Shown here: positions 17,539 through 27,791 of the stretch, one piece after another
How positions within the stretch are numbered: the first letter of the stretch is position 1
Layout of the letters: each line of letters opens with the position of its first letter
Source of the DNA: Candidatus Cloacimonadales bacterium
GTDB taxonomy: Bacteria; Cloacimonadota; Cloacimonadia; Cloacimonadales; JAFGVF01
NCBI GenBank assembly: GCA_963662585.1
Contig: OY759729.1
Span: forward strand, 2,848,001-2,912,000
DNA length: 64,000 nucleotides
Direction of reading: 5' to 3'
Notes under the pieces: generated by a model
Database searches by the model: none
What the model saw: the letters and a program-made list of their open reading frames with translations, nothing else
Told to the model about the DNA's origin: nothing
Translations under genes and position numbers: made by a program

Positions 17539-19920
17539 ATGCGTAAAGCTTTAAAAATTAGTTTGCTATTAGGGACTATTGCTGTTCTTTTAGCTCTAAC
17601 TGCATGTGGAGTTGATGGTGATTATAAAAGCAATAAGGCACCTCAAATAAGTATTACTTCATGGGAAGGTGCTGAAAATGAAAGTGCTGCTCAAGATTTA
17701 GATAGTCTTGTTTTCCAACAAAAAATTTATTGGAATGCTACTGATGAAGACGGAACAATCGCTGGCGTAGCTTATAGAATCTTAGATGAAAATGGCGATC
17801 CTATTGCTACCCCTGGAAATTCTGTAATCGATGAGATTGGAGAATTAGAATCTATTACTTATGAAGGTGAAGAATTAGTTGGTTGGGTTGTGCATTATAA
17901 AACTGGTGCAGATGAAAATATACCACTAAGTTCAGACCTCGCTAAGAAAACAATCTGGTCACAAGAAAAATATGCTACAATTAATTTCCCAGCTAATGAA
18001 GATGGTCAACCTGCTGTTAAAATTAGTAGCTTTGAAGTAATTAGTATTGATAATAGAGGCGATGTAAGTAATCTTGCTAGAAAGTCTTTTAAAGCAGTAT
18101 CTTCTGTTCCTACTTGTATTCTTTCTACTTCAAGAGGAAATCCTGATGGAAAACAAGTTGGTACCGGATTATTCATTACTTTTGCAATGAGCACCACAAT
18201 TGGTGATCCACTTTCTGTTCCTGGTGCAGATTACTATGAATACAAAGTTGAAAAGTATATTTATGATGAAGATGCTGATTCTCTTGATGTTCCTGAGTTA
18301 TTCGAAGCAGGAGAATGGGTTTCTACAACTTCTCGTGAAGTTCTTTTAACAAAAAATACAAGTCCTTCCTTATCTCCTGATTTTGATGGTATTGATACAG
18401 ATGCTCAGCAACTTACTTTTACCAGAGTTACTGCTCATGCATATAATTATGCAGGTGTTAAATCAAATGATTCAATAATTGAATTTGCAGTAAAAGAAGG
18501 TTTCCACCCTAATACAGTTATCTATCCACAGAAAACTTATGGTTTAGGTGATAATCATTACATAGACTATGTAAATTTAGAAGACCAAGAAAATTATCCT
18601 TATATCTTAAAAGATGGTGCTATACCAATTATCTACGCAACAAAACTATTTACTAATCAGTTAGGTGAAAATATTGCTGTTAATTCAGTGAACTTTAAAC
18701 TTTATGCAAAATGGGGATATTATGGACAGTATGGTAATCGTATCACTACTACTTCAGGTGCAATTGCTACAGTTTATTCTGATAGTCCTTATGATGATGA
18801 AATAGCTCGTGTTCTTAATGAAGCTGATAACAAGGACTACTATTCAGAAATCGTGGCTTATGATATTCGTTTTGATGATGAACCATTCGACTTCTTCGCT
18901 TTATCCCAAGATCCAGAAAATATAGTTACTCATGAAGATGGAACTCAATGGTTAAGAGTACCTAAGAATAGTGTATGGTCAATTTCTAAAGGCCTTGAAT
19001 TAGGTAATCTAGAGAATGGTATGCATAAATTAGAAATTAGTGCTGTAGATTTACAGTATGAATATGACCCTACTCCTGCAGTATTTGAATTTAATCTTGT
19101 TGAGAATGTTCCAGCTTCTGAAAGAGAGGGTGTAATGGTTCTTGGAGCTTCTAGTTTCCCTACTTGGTCTACTACTCAAGTTTACGCAGACTCTGTATAT
19201 CAAGAAGTGCTTAGTGGTTTCTCAGGTGTTGAATTCTTCAGTAGAAATGAGATTAATGCTGCAACAGGTTTATCAATAAATGCTTGTAATCTCTCATATT
19301 CTGACTTACAGAATTATAAAACAATAATTTATAGAGAAGAAATTGTAGGTAATACTTATTTTGCTGATGATTATGATGCCCTCAAACTATATGTAAATAG
19401 TGGTGGAAACATTATCTTAAGTGCTGCTGGTAATCTAAAATCAATTAATGATGTTATGGTTAACAGAAATCGTAGTATGTTTACAAGTTATTTCGGCATT
19501 AATTTTAGTAAAACTGCTATTAATGTTGTACCTTCAGGTAAATATTACTTTGATAAATTTATGCCAACTAGTGAAATTTCTTCTTTACCTAATCTTCCAG
19601 AATTAGATGTCTATTTAGGACATTCTCATAACTTCCTTGTATATCAAAGAAATGCTATAGCAGATGTTTCTTATTTTGCAGAGAATTATGCCTTCCCTGA
19701 TGATCCTTTTGCTAAAGTTATTTATAATTCTGATATCAAAACAGTAGGAGAAGATACATGGGCTCCTACAAGTGAGGAAGAGTATAATCTCTATAATAAT
19801 ATTCCATTAGCAGTTGGTAAAGTAACAACTCAAAACAAATGTTTTGCTTTCGGTTTCCCATTATCATTCATGGAAAAGACAGAGTTAGTTCAATTATTTA
19901 ATGAACTTCTAAATGATTAA
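17539..19920 (+). CDS. Large putative surface lipoprotein of unknown function
   Basis: GGAGG at 17528-17532 precedes ATG 17539; lipobox LTAC; acidic and beta-rich, with Ig-like motifs (WNATDEDG, FEVISIDNRG, LEISAVD..DPTPA). Confidence 0.75.
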   Translation: MRKALKISLLLGTIAVLLALTACGVDGDYKSNKAPQISITSWEGAENESAAQDLDSLVFQQKIYWNATDEDGTIAGVAYRILDENGDPIATPGNSVIDEIGELESITYEGEELVGWVVHYKTGADENIPLSSDLAKKTIWSQEKYATINFPANEDGQPAVKISSFEVISIDNRGDVSNLARKSFKAVSSVPTCILSTSRGNPDGKQVGTGLFITFAMSTTIGDPLSVPGADYYEYKVEKYIYDEDADSLDVPELFEAGEWVSTTSREVLLTKNTSPSLSPDFDGIDTDAQQLTFTRVTAHAYNYAGVKSNDSIIEFAVKEGFHPNTVIYPQKTYGLGDNHYIDYVNLEDQENYPYILKDGAIPIIYATKLFTNQLGENIAVNSVNFKLYAKWGYYGQYGNRITTTSGAIATVYSDSPYDDEIARVLNEADNKDYYSEIVAYDIRFDDEPFDFFALSQDPENIVTHEDGTQWLRVPKNSVWSISKGLELGNLENGMHKLEISAVDLQYEYDPTPAVFEFNLVENVPASEREGVMVLGASSFPTWSTTQVYADSVYQEVLSGFSGVEFFSRNEINAATGLSINACNLSYSDLQNYKTIIYREEIVGNTYFADDYDALKLYVNSGGNIILSAAGNLKSINDVMVNRNRSMFTSYFGINFSKTAINVVPSGKYYFDKFMPTSEISSLPNLPELDVYLGHSHNFLVYQRNAIADVSYFAENYAFPDDPFAKVIYNSDIKTVGEDTWAPTSEEEYNLYNNIPLAVGKVTTQNKCFAFGFPLSFMEKTELVQLFNELLND

Positions 19921-19942
19921 TAAAATAAATAACAAATAAAAT

Positions 19943-19972
19943 AAAAAATGGCAACGCAAGTTGCCATTTTTT
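19943..19972 (+). terminator. Rho-independent terminator (possibly bidirectional)
   Basis: AAAAAATGGCAAC-GCAA-GTTGCCATTTTTT. Confidence 0.85.
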
Positions 19973-19992
19973 ATTGAAAAAAGGAAATTATA

Positions 19993-20892
19993 ATGAAATG
20001 TAAGACTTTTTTACTTCTCTTTATTTTGACAGCAGTTTTGTTTGGATGTACTAGTTATGGTAAAGCTTCAAATCCTCTAGATGGCGGAGAAATGATGTTT
20101 TGGAAAGTGTCTGATGAAGACAGTTGTGTTTATCTTCTAGGTTCAATGCACTTTGGTAAAGCAGAGTTTTATCCAATGCCTACCGTCATAGAATCTGCTT
20201 ATCAAAATAGTGACCTTTTAGGTGTAGAAATTGATATGCTTAGCATTGATACTAACGCAATGCAGATGTCTTTGATTCAGAATATGTCTTATACAGATGG
20301 TACTAATTTAATTGATCATATCAGCCCTCAAACAATAGAATTATTAAGTTCTTATCTACAAGAGAAAGGACTGAGTATTGATAGTTTTGGGAATATGAAG
20401 CCTGGAATGATCACTATGTCTAGTTCGGCAATGGAAGCACAATTAGCAGGACTAAATGCAGAATATGGAATAGATATGCATTACCTTAAAAAAGCAAAAG
20501 AAGATGATAAAACTATTGTTGAATTTGAGTCAATAGACAGTCAACTTAACATGCTTTTTGCTGATGAAGAGGTTGCTGAAGGTATGCTCTATAGTACCCT
20601 AAAAGAATCAAAAGATTTCAAACTTATGTTAGATTCACTGGCTACTATCTGGCAAGCAGGTGATGCAAGAGCGATGAATGAATTATTGACTCAAGCTGAA
20701 ACGCAAGAAGAAGGTAAATATTTAGAGACTCTTTTTGGAGATAGAGATGTTAAGATGACCAATAAAATCGAAGAAATTCTTGCAGAGGATAAGTCTGGAT
20801 TTATAATTTTAGGAGCTGGACATTTTGTTAATGATACTGGAATTATTAACAGATTGGCTACTTCAAAAAAGTATAAAATAGTAAAATACTAA
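19993..20892 (+). CDS. TraB/GumN family lipoprotein
   Basis: Lipobox LFGC; FWKVS..VYLLGSMH, GIDMHY, FESIDSQL, RDVKM, GAGHFV. Confidence 0.85.
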   Translation: MKCKTFLLLFILTAVLFGCTSYGKASNPLDGGEMMFWKVSDEDSCVYLLGSMHFGKAEFYPMPTVIESAYQNSDLLGVEIDMLSIDTNAMQMSLIQNMSYTDGTNLIDHISPQTIELLSSYLQEKGLSIDSFGNMKPGMITMSSSAMEAQLAGLNAEYGIDMHYLKKAKEDDKTIVEFESIDSQLNMLFADEEVAEGMLYSTLKESKDFKLMLDSLATIWQAGDARAMNELLTQAETQEEGKYLETLFGDRDVKMTNKIEEILAEDKSGFIILGAGHFVNDTGIINRLATSKKYKIVKY

Positions 20893-20918
20893 ATTATTTA
20901 AATTTGTTATTGACATAT

Positions 20919-20962
20919 AAAGCAAGAACTTTTTGATAAAGAAAAAGTTCTTGCTTTTTTTT
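20919..20962 (+). terminator. Rho-independent terminator, next to a TTGACA at 20910
   Basis: AAAGCAAGAACTTTTT-loop-AAAAAGTTCTTGCTTT followed by a T-run. Confidence 0.75.
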
Positions 20963-20985
20963 ATAAAAAAGGAGACTCGTAATAA

Positions 20986-22224
20986 ATGAATTTAGCTGTA
21001 GATTTACATTCGCATTCTGGATATGCTGGTGGAGTAGGGACTATTCTTCTGGAAGATATTTCGCAAACAATGAAGAAAAAAGGGATCGATGTTTTTGGTA
21101 CAGGGGATGTTTTACTACCTCAAAGATATCAGGAGTTAGAAGAGATTCTTAAAGATTGTGGGAATGGACTTTATAAATTAGATAGTCAAGATAGTTCTTC
21201 TTTTTTACTTCAAACTGAAGTTATTCTTACTGTGAAGTTACCTGCTTATAAAAACAAGACAGTAGCTCATCATATTATTCTTTTCCCAAATTTCATATCT
21301 GTCAAAAAGTGTGCCAAGCTTATGGATAAATGGAAGCAAAAGAACACAATTGGAAGACCTTTTATAGTCTCAGAAAATCGAGAAGAGATGATTGCACATC
21401 TTAATGAGATTATTGCAATTCATCCTGAGATTGAGATTATTCCTGCTCACATTATGACTCCTGATGGGGTAATGGGTTGCAAGAATATGCTAACTGATAT
21501 TGAAGAATTTTATGGATCTTTCCTACCTAATATTCATGCTGTAGAAACTGGCTTGAGTGCAGATCCTGAACAACTAGAGCAAATACCAAAAATAGCTGAC
21601 CTTACTTTCATTTCCAATAGTGATTGTCATAGTTCTGCATTAAATAGGGTTGGTCGGGAATTCACTATACTAGATGTGGAGAATATTTCATATAGTAGTA
21701 TTATTACAGCTATTAGAAAGAATAAGGTAGTTTTAACTGCTGAATTTAATCCTGCAGAAGGCCGGTATTTTAAAACTGGGCACTCAGCTAAAAGGCATGT
21801 AAATAAAGAAGAGTTCCTGATTGAAGCACGAAGCTCTGAAGATTTAATATGTCCTATCTGTCATAAAAAAATGGTTTTAGGTGTTTTTGATAGAGTGAAG
21901 CAGTTAAAAGATGAAACTATTATCCCTAAAACAAGAAAATCTCTTCACTTGATTCCTTTAGTTGAAGTTATCTCTAATTCACTATCTTTGAAGAGTATCA
22001 CTTCTGTCAAAGTAACTAAAATATATGACGAAATAATTACACATTTTTCTACTGAAATAGGATTATGGTTAGCAAGTGAAGAAGAAATTAGAGAACTTCT
22101 TGACAAATATATTCCTGCAGAAACATTGAATGCAATTCTCGCTGTAAAGGATGGAAGATTTGAATTCTCTCCTCCTGGTTATGATGGAGAATATGGTAAG
22201 TTAATAATAGAAAATAAAATATAA
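20986..22224 (+). CDS. Endonuclease Q family (PHP-domain) protein
   Basis: DLHSHSGY, GTGD, IPAHIMTP, ETGLSAD, SNSDCHS..VGRE, EGRY, CPIC, PGYDGEYG. Confidence 0.85.
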   Translation: MNLAVDLHSHSGYAGGVGTILLEDISQTMKKKGIDVFGTGDVLLPQRYQELEEILKDCGNGLYKLDSQDSSSFLLQTEVILTVKLPAYKNKTVAHHIILFPNFISVKKCAKLMDKWKQKNTIGRPFIVSENREEMIAHLNEIIAIHPEIEIIPAHIMTPDGVMGCKNMLTDIEEFYGSFLPNIHAVETGLSADPEQLEQIPKIADLTFISNSDCHSSALNRVGREFTILDVENISYSSIITAIRKNKVVLTAEFNPAEGRYFKTGHSAKRHVNKEEFLIEARSSEDLICPICHKKMVLGVFDRVKQLKDETIIPKTRKSLHLIPLVEVISNSLSLKSITSVKVTKIYDEIITHFSTEIGLWLASEEEIRELLDKYIPAETLNAILAVKDGRFEFSPPGYDGEYGKLIIENKI

Positions 22225-22246
22225 TTTGTACTAATGGAGGTACACT

Positions 22247-23491
22247 ATGGAAATTCGTGATTTTATACCTAAAAGATTTGAAAAGCTAGCAGAACAGTTA
22301 AATAATAATGAAGCAGTAATACTCTTTAGTAACGAAGTTACACATGCAGTGAATCGTTTTGAACAAGATAAGAACTTTCTTTATTTCACAGGTTTAGAGA
22401 TTCCTAATGCCAGATTAGTAGTTACCAAGCTTTCTGATAAATTGACTTCTGTTCTCTATATAGAAAGAAACATTCCAGAAAAAATAGTGTGGGATGGAGC
22501 AAAGATGTATCCTGAAGAGGCTACTGAAATATCTACAATTCAAAATGTTCTTTTTACTGATCAATTCGAAGCAAACATAGCAGCATTTTTCGCAGCTCAA
22601 GATATAAAAAAGGTCTATTTAAACTTCCAAGCTGGAGAAATGAATAAGCCACTTAATTTAAGATTATATTTTGCTGAAGAGTTAAAGAGAAGGCTTCCTG
22701 AGATTATAGTCAGTGATTTTAGTACTGTCGTAAGACCGCTCAGACAGATCAAAGATGAGTTTGAATTAGAACAGATGCAAAAGGCTATTGATATCACTGG
22801 TGAAGGATTAGATGTTATTTTTAATTTTGCAGAAGCTGGTATGTTTGAATTTGAATTAGAAGCAATGCTATATAATGAAATGCTATCAAGTGGTTTCAGA
22901 TTCTGGGGATTCACTCCAATTATAGCCAATGGAAAAAATGCTACAACTTTACACTATATTGATAATGATACTGAAATAGCAGAAGATGCTATGGTTCTTT
23001 GCGATGTAGGAGCTTCCTGTTATGGTTATAGTGCTGATATTACCAGAACTTTCCCTATTGGTGAGAAATTCACTCCAAGAGGAAAAGAAGTATATCAAGA
23101 AGTCTTGAATGTTCAGAAAGAGATCATTGAAATGATTAAACCTGGAGTCACTATGGTTCAACTAAATGCCAGAACAAACGAATTAATCACTAAGGCTTGT
23201 CATAAGTTAGGATTAATTAAAGAGGATAGTGAATTCAGAAAGTACTATATGCATTCTATAGGTCATCATCTAGGTTTAGATACTCATGATGTTGGCTTAA
23301 GAAATTCTGTACTTGAAGCAGGAATGGTGATTACTGTTGAACCAGGACTATATATTCCTGAAGAATCAATTGGAGTTAGAATTGAAGATGATATCTTAGT
23401 AACAGAGACTGGTTATAGAGTATTATCAGAAAATATTCCAAAAGAAGTAGAAGTCTTAGAAACAATCAGAAAGGCTGCATTAAATCGATGA
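22247..23491 (+). CDS. pepP: Xaa-Pro aminopeptidase (M24B)
   Basis: FLYFTG, LRQIKD, ADITRTFP, HSIGHHLGLDTHD, TVEPGLY, GVRIEDD. Confidence 0.92.
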   Translation: MEIRDFIPKRFEKLAEQLNNNEAVILFSNEVTHAVNRFEQDKNFLYFTGLEIPNARLVVTKLSDKLTSVLYIERNIPEKIVWDGAKMYPEEATEISTIQNVLFTDQFEANIAAFFAAQDIKKVYLNFQAGEMNKPLNLRLYFAEELKRRLPEIIVSDFSTVVRPLRQIKDEFELEQMQKAIDITGEGLDVIFNFAEAGMFEFELEAMLYNEMLSSGFRFWGFTPIIANGKNATTLHYIDNDTEIAEDAMVLCDVGASCYGYSADITRTFPIGEKFTPRGKEVYQEVLNVQKEIIEMIKPGVTMVQLNARTNELITKACHKLGLIKEDSEFRKYYMHSIGHHLGLDTHDVGLRNSVLEAGMVITVEPGLYIPEESIGVRIEDDILVTETGYRVLSENIPKEVEVLETIRKAALNR

Positions 23492-23979
23492 TTAAGAAAA
23501 AAATAGCAATCTACCCGGGTACTTTTGACCCAATAACTCTCGGGCATATCAATATAGTTAAAAAGGCTTCTGAGATGTTTGATGAAGTAATAATGGCTAT
23601 TGCCAAAGATAACTATAAAGAGACTTTTTTTACTTTAGAAGAGAGAACTGCTTTATGTCAAGAGGCTCTCAGCGATATACCCAATGCCAGAGCTGAATCT
23701 TTTGAAGGACTGGTAGTAGATTTTGCTAAGAAATTAGGAACTAATATTATGATTCGTGGCTTAAGAGCTGTTTCAGATTTTGAATATGAACTGCAATTAG
23801 CTTTGATGAACAAGAAACTAAGTTGTGAAATAGAGACTATTTTCTTAGTACCACGCTTCGAATTTCTTTATCTTTCTTCCAGTATGGTGAGAAATATCGC
23901 TTCTGTGGGTGGAGATGTCGAAACATTAGTTCCTAAATGTGTTGCAGATGTTCTGAAACAAAGGAGAGGATTGAAATAA
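23488..23979 (+). CDS. coaD: Phosphopantetheine adenylyltransferase
   Basis: YPGTFDPITLGH, IRGLRAVSDFEYE, LSSS. Confidence 0.97.
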   Translation: MIKKKIAIYPGTFDPITLGHINIVKKASEMFDEVIMAIAKDNYKETFFTLEERTALCQEALSDIPNARAESFEGLVVDFAKKLGTNIMIRGLRAVSDFEYELQLALMNKKLSCEIETIFLVPRFEFLYLSSSMVRNIASVGGDVETLVPKCVADVLKQRRGLK

Positions 23980-23980
23980 G

Positions 23981-25333
23981 ATGAATCAATCAACTGATAG
24001 AATTCTTCCTTATGATGTTAATGCTGAAGCTGCAGTATTAAGTGCCATGATGTTGGATAATGTTGCAGCTTCCACAGCAATTTCAGAATTAGAGGATAAC
24101 TATTTCTACAGAACTGCCCATAAGATAATTTTTCAAGCTATGAAAGACTTGTATCGAGATAGTATTGAAATTGATTTAGTTACTCTTTCAGCCAGATTAC
24201 AGCCCAATAACTTGAGTGAGAAAGTAGGGGGTAGTGATTATCTTAATAAAATATCAGATTTTGTTTTATCTACGGCAAATATCTCTTATCACTTGAAGAT
24301 TGTTAAAGAGAAAGCTCTGCTAAGAGAATTAATAGTTACTTCAAATAGTATTATCGAGAAGTGTTATACTGCAGAAGAGGAAGTAGAAGAAATAGTTGAT
24401 AGTGCTGAACAGATGATTTATAATGTTACTAATAAGAGAAGCACAAACTATTTTAAAGATATTGCCACTATCATGGGGGAGACCCTTGAAAATATTAATG
24501 AGGTTGCTACCTCCCATACTTCTGTAATTGGAGTTTCTACTGGATTCACTGATTTAGACAGGAAAACAGGTGGATTTAAGCCTGGTCAGTTGATAGTTCT
24601 AGCTGCTCGTCCAGCTATGGGTAAAACTGCCTTGGCTCTTAATATTGCTTTTAATGCTATCACTCATCATAATAAAAAAGTTGCTGTCTTCACAATGGAG
24701 ATGGAAGGTGATGAATTGCTTAAGAGAATGCTCTCTGCTGCTTCAGAAGTTCCTATGGATGCTATTTTGAAAGGCTTTGGTATGACTGATGAAAAAATGT
24801 TAAGAATTACCAATTATGGTATGATGCTTTCTGAAAAAAAGCTTTTTATCGATGATTCAGGTACAAACTCCCCTTTAGAAATTAGAGCAAAGTTACGCAG
24901 ACTTAAATCTGAAGCAAAGGGTCTTGATTTAGTCTTAATAGATTATCTTCAATTAATGTCTTCTCAAAGATTTAAAGATAACAGACAGCAGGAAATTGCT
25001 GAAATATCCAGAGCACTAAAGATCCTCGCTAAAGAGTTAGGTGTTCCCGTTATTGCTCTTTCTCAGTTAAATCGTGGTTTAGAATCTCGTGAAGATAAAA
25101 GGCCAAGACTTGCCGACTTGCGTGAATCCGGAGCCATTGAGCAGGATGCAGATATGGTGATGTTTATCTACCGCGATGAATACTATAATGAAGATTCTGC
25201 TGATAAAGGAATTGCCGAAGTTATTATAGGAAAGAACAGACATGGTGCTGTGGGTACTGCTAAATTAGTATTTATTCCACACTTAACAGCTTTTAGGAAT
25301 TTAGAACGAAGTAATACTGAAGTTGAGATATGA
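23981..25333 (+). CDS. dnaB: Replicative DNA helicase
   Basis: AARPAMGKT, IDYLQLM, LSQLNR, DLRESGAIEQDAD, KNRHG; no intein seen. Confidence 0.97.
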   Translation: MNQSTDRILPYDVNAEAAVLSAMMLDNVAASTAISELEDNYFYRTAHKIIFQAMKDLYRDSIEIDLVTLSARLQPNNLSEKVGGSDYLNKISDFVLSTANISYHLKIVKEKALLRELIVTSNSIIEKCYTAEEEVEEIVDSAEQMIYNVTNKRSTNYFKDIATIMGETLENINEVATSHTSVIGVSTGFTDLDRKTGGFKPGQLIVLAARPAMGKTALALNIAFNAITHHNKKVAVFTMEMEGDELLKRMLSAASEVPMDAILKGFGMTDEKMLRITNYGMMLSEKKLFIDDSGTNSPLEIRAKLRRLKSEAKGLDLVLIDYLQLMSSQRFKDNRQQEIAEISRALKILAKELGVPVIALSQLNRGLESREDKRPRLADLRESGAIEQDADMVMFIYRDEYYNEDSADKGIAEVIIGKNRHGAVGTAKLVFIPHLTAFRNLERSNTEVEI

Positions 25334-26064
25334 GTCTGATCGCAAAGTTAGGTGCTTTTGTAATATTTAACGGGAAAGTAATTGAACAGATTCCTTTTAT
25401 CTTTAAACGAAGATACTATTTCCTACGAGTATGCAAAAAGATAGGGCTAGATTCCTTATGGTTGATTATTATCACTTCTATATTTACAGGATTCGTAACA
25501 GCCTTGCAAGCAATTTATCAGACACAAGGAAGAATACCTCTGAACTATCTTGGAGTTTTAGTAGAGAAATCAGTGATTATAGAATTAGCTCCGGTGCTTA
25601 CCGCTTTAGTCTTAACTGGCAAAATAGGAGCTGCTCTTACAGCTGAAATTGGAACAATGAAAGTAACAGAACAAGTTGATGCTTTGGAATCAATGGCTAT
25701 AAGTCCCTATAACTTCATTTATATGCCTCGTATCCTTGCTGGGGCAGTTATGGTGCCAGTACTTACAATATTCTCAATGTTAGTAGGAATCTTATCAGGT
25801 TATTTCTTTTCTGTTTTTAAATACCAAATCTCTTTTTATACTTTCTTCTCCAATATGCAGAACTACTTCACGATGAGCGATGTAAATGGGGGCTTAATTA
25901 AAGCTTTTGCCTTTGGAGTAACAATTACTTCAATAGCTTGTTTTCAAGGTGACAGGACTGCTAATGGCTCCGAGGGAGTAGGTATTTCCACAACAAACAC
26001 TGTGGTCTATTCATCGATAATGATTCTTGTCTTAGACTTCTTTGTTGCCTGGATATTATTTTGA
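25330..26064 (+). CDS. mlaE: MlaE-family ABC permease
   Basis: ELAPVLTAL, AEIGTMKVTEQVDALESMA, GVGISTTNTVV. Confidence 0.9.
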   Translation: MSLIAKLGAFVIFNGKVIEQIPFIFKRRYYFLRVCKKIGLDSLWLIIITSIFTGFVTALQAIYQTQGRIPLNYLGVLVEKSVIIELAPVLTALVLTGKIGAALTAEIGTMKVTEQVDALESMAISPYNFIYMPRILAGAVMVPVLTIFSMLVGILSGYFFSVFKYQISFYTFFSNMQNYFTMSDVNGGLIKAFAFGVTITSIACFQGDRTANGSEGVGISTTNTVVYSSIMILVLDFFVAWILF

Positions 26065-26072
26065 GGTGTAAG

Positions 26073-27146
26073 ATGAAAAGAAACTATTATTTTAGTATTA
26101 TATTTTTTGCTATGATATTACTTTTAATTGCTTGTAAATCTGAGATTAAAGAAGATAATATTCTTGTGGAAGAGGCTGTTCCGAAAGAGATTATTGTTAC
26201 AGATTCTTTGTATGTATTAGCTACTGAAGACTTTTTTGAACTCAACTTAGTTGATACTTTAGCTCAGGGATTCCTAGAAAAGAGTCATACTAAGATTATC
26301 TGGGAGAATGGTGGCACTAAGAAACAGCTTATTGACAAGCTAGCCGAAAGTAGTTTTATTAGCTATCCTGATCTTGTTCTAGGCCTATCAAATGTTTTCC
26401 AAACTGAGTTAGATAGTTTAGATATTTTCCGTAAACTTGACGATCTTTATTTCTCTAAAGTTAGATCAAATAATAGATTTGACAAAGACAAAAGATTTGT
26501 TCCTTACCAATATTCTTATCTTGCTTTAATTAAAAAAAGTAGCAATAAAAGTGAAATGCCAATTAGTTTTGGTGTGATGCAAAAGGAAGAGTATTTTGAT
26601 AAAATTATTATCCCTGATGCATTGAATACCGAAATAGGCAGAGCACTCTTTAATAGTATTGAAGGAGTTTTCAAATTTCATGGTTATGCTGCCTGCTGGA
26701 ATAGAATTAAAGGAAGTATTTTCCTGATAGTAGATGATGAAAAAGAGGCTTTTGACAAGTTCTGGGAATACGATGATAAATATCTTTTTTACCCCGTTAC
26801 TAAAGTAATAGATGGTTATGCTGCTGGATATCCACAAACCATGGATTACTCTTATATGGCAGAGGGAAGTTATAAACTTATCCATTCTTCAGCTATTACC
26901 AAGCGATGTAAAAATAGCACCAAAGCAGAAGTTTTTCTTCTTTGGTTACACAGACCAGAAACTCAGTCTTTAATTGTAAAAGCCACAAATTGGTATCCAA
27001 TTGTAGAAGTTGCTTCTAAAAGTGAAGGACATAGGATTATTGATTATCCTAAAACTGTTATGAATAATAAAATCAATCAGAAGGTCGTAGCCAAATATCT
27101 TTCCGAATGGTTAGACTTCTGGAAAATATATAAGGCGAAGTTTTAA
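26073..27146 (+). CDS. Solute-binding lipoprotein, ThiB/Fe(III)-binding-like (divergent)
   Basis: Lipobox LIAC; PDLVLGL, FVPYQYSYLA and AEVFLLWL..PETQ resemble type II periplasmic binding proteins; GAGGTG RBS before ATG 26073. Confidence 0.6.
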   Translation: MKRNYYFSIIFFAMILLLIACKSEIKEDNILVEEAVPKEIIVTDSLYVLATEDFFELNLVDTLAQGFLEKSHTKIIWENGGTKKQLIDKLAESSFISYPDLVLGLSNVFQTELDSLDIFRKLDDLYFSKVRSNNRFDKDKRFVPYQYSYLALIKKSSNKSEMPISFGVMQKEEYFDKIIIPDALNTEIGRALFNSIEGVFKFHGYAACWNRIKGSIFLIVDDEKEAFDKFWEYDDKYLFYPVTKVIDGYAAGYPQTMDYSYMAEGSYKLIHSSAITKRCKNSTKAEVFLLWLHRPETQSLIVKATNWYPIVEVASKSEGHRIIDYPKTVMNNKINQKVVAKYLSEWLDFWKIYKAKF

Positions 27147-27610
27147 TGAACAAAAAGTTTAAAGTTGTTTTGTATCAACCTGAGATTCCTAGTAATACAG
27201 GGAATATTGGTAGAATATGTGTCGGAGCTAATTTAGAATTACATATCATTAAACCAATGAGATTTTTGCTCAACGACAAGTTAGTTAAGAGAGCAGGATT
27301 AGATTATTGGCATAAATTAGATATAACTATTCATGATTCACTAGAAGTTTTTTTAGCAAAGTATCCAGATATAAATGTCTATTATTGTACTACCAAAACA
27401 GACAAGTCTTATACCAAACTTCAATATCATAAAGGTGATGCTTTTATTTTCGGACCTGAATCAAGAGGAATCCCTGAAGATATTCTCTTTAGTAATAGGG
27501 ATAAGAATATTACTATTCCTATGACTGGTGACATAAGATCTATTAATCTTTCCAACAGTGTGGCAATTATTCTTTTTGAAGCTCTTAGACAGATAGATTT
27601 TGAGTTTTAA
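27146..27610 (+). CDS. trmL: tRNA (cytidine/uridine-2'-O)-methyltransferase
   Basis: PEIPSNTGNIGR, KRAGLDYW, FGPESRG, RSINLSNSVA. Confidence 0.95.
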   Translation: MNKKFKVVLYQPEIPSNTGNIGRICVGANLELHIIKPMRFLLNDKLVKRAGLDYWHKLDITIHDSLEVFLAKYPDINVYYCTTKTDKSYTKLQYHKGDAFIFGPESRGIPEDILFSNRDKNITIPMTGDIRSINLSNSVAIILFEALRQIDFEF

Positions 27611-27701
27611 CACGAACTGTTTAAAATTACTTTTCACCACAAAGACACAAAGACCACCAAAAAGAGTTTCACAAATTCCACCTAGACACAAAAACCTAAA
27701 T

Positions 27702-27725
27702 GTAGGGGCAAAACATCTTTTGCCC
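27702..27725 (+). repeat. GTAG-type REP palindrome
   Basis: GTAG-GGGCAAAA-CATC-TTTTGCCC. Confidence 0.75.
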
Positions 27726-27791
27726 TTCTAAAAAAGAAGAATCAACCTCTTCTGTAGGATAGTGGACAACTTGTCCGCTTCATTGCCTTTT

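Noticed and set aside
23981..25333. Intein in DnaB
   Set aside because: The length (450 aa) and motif spacing are normal.
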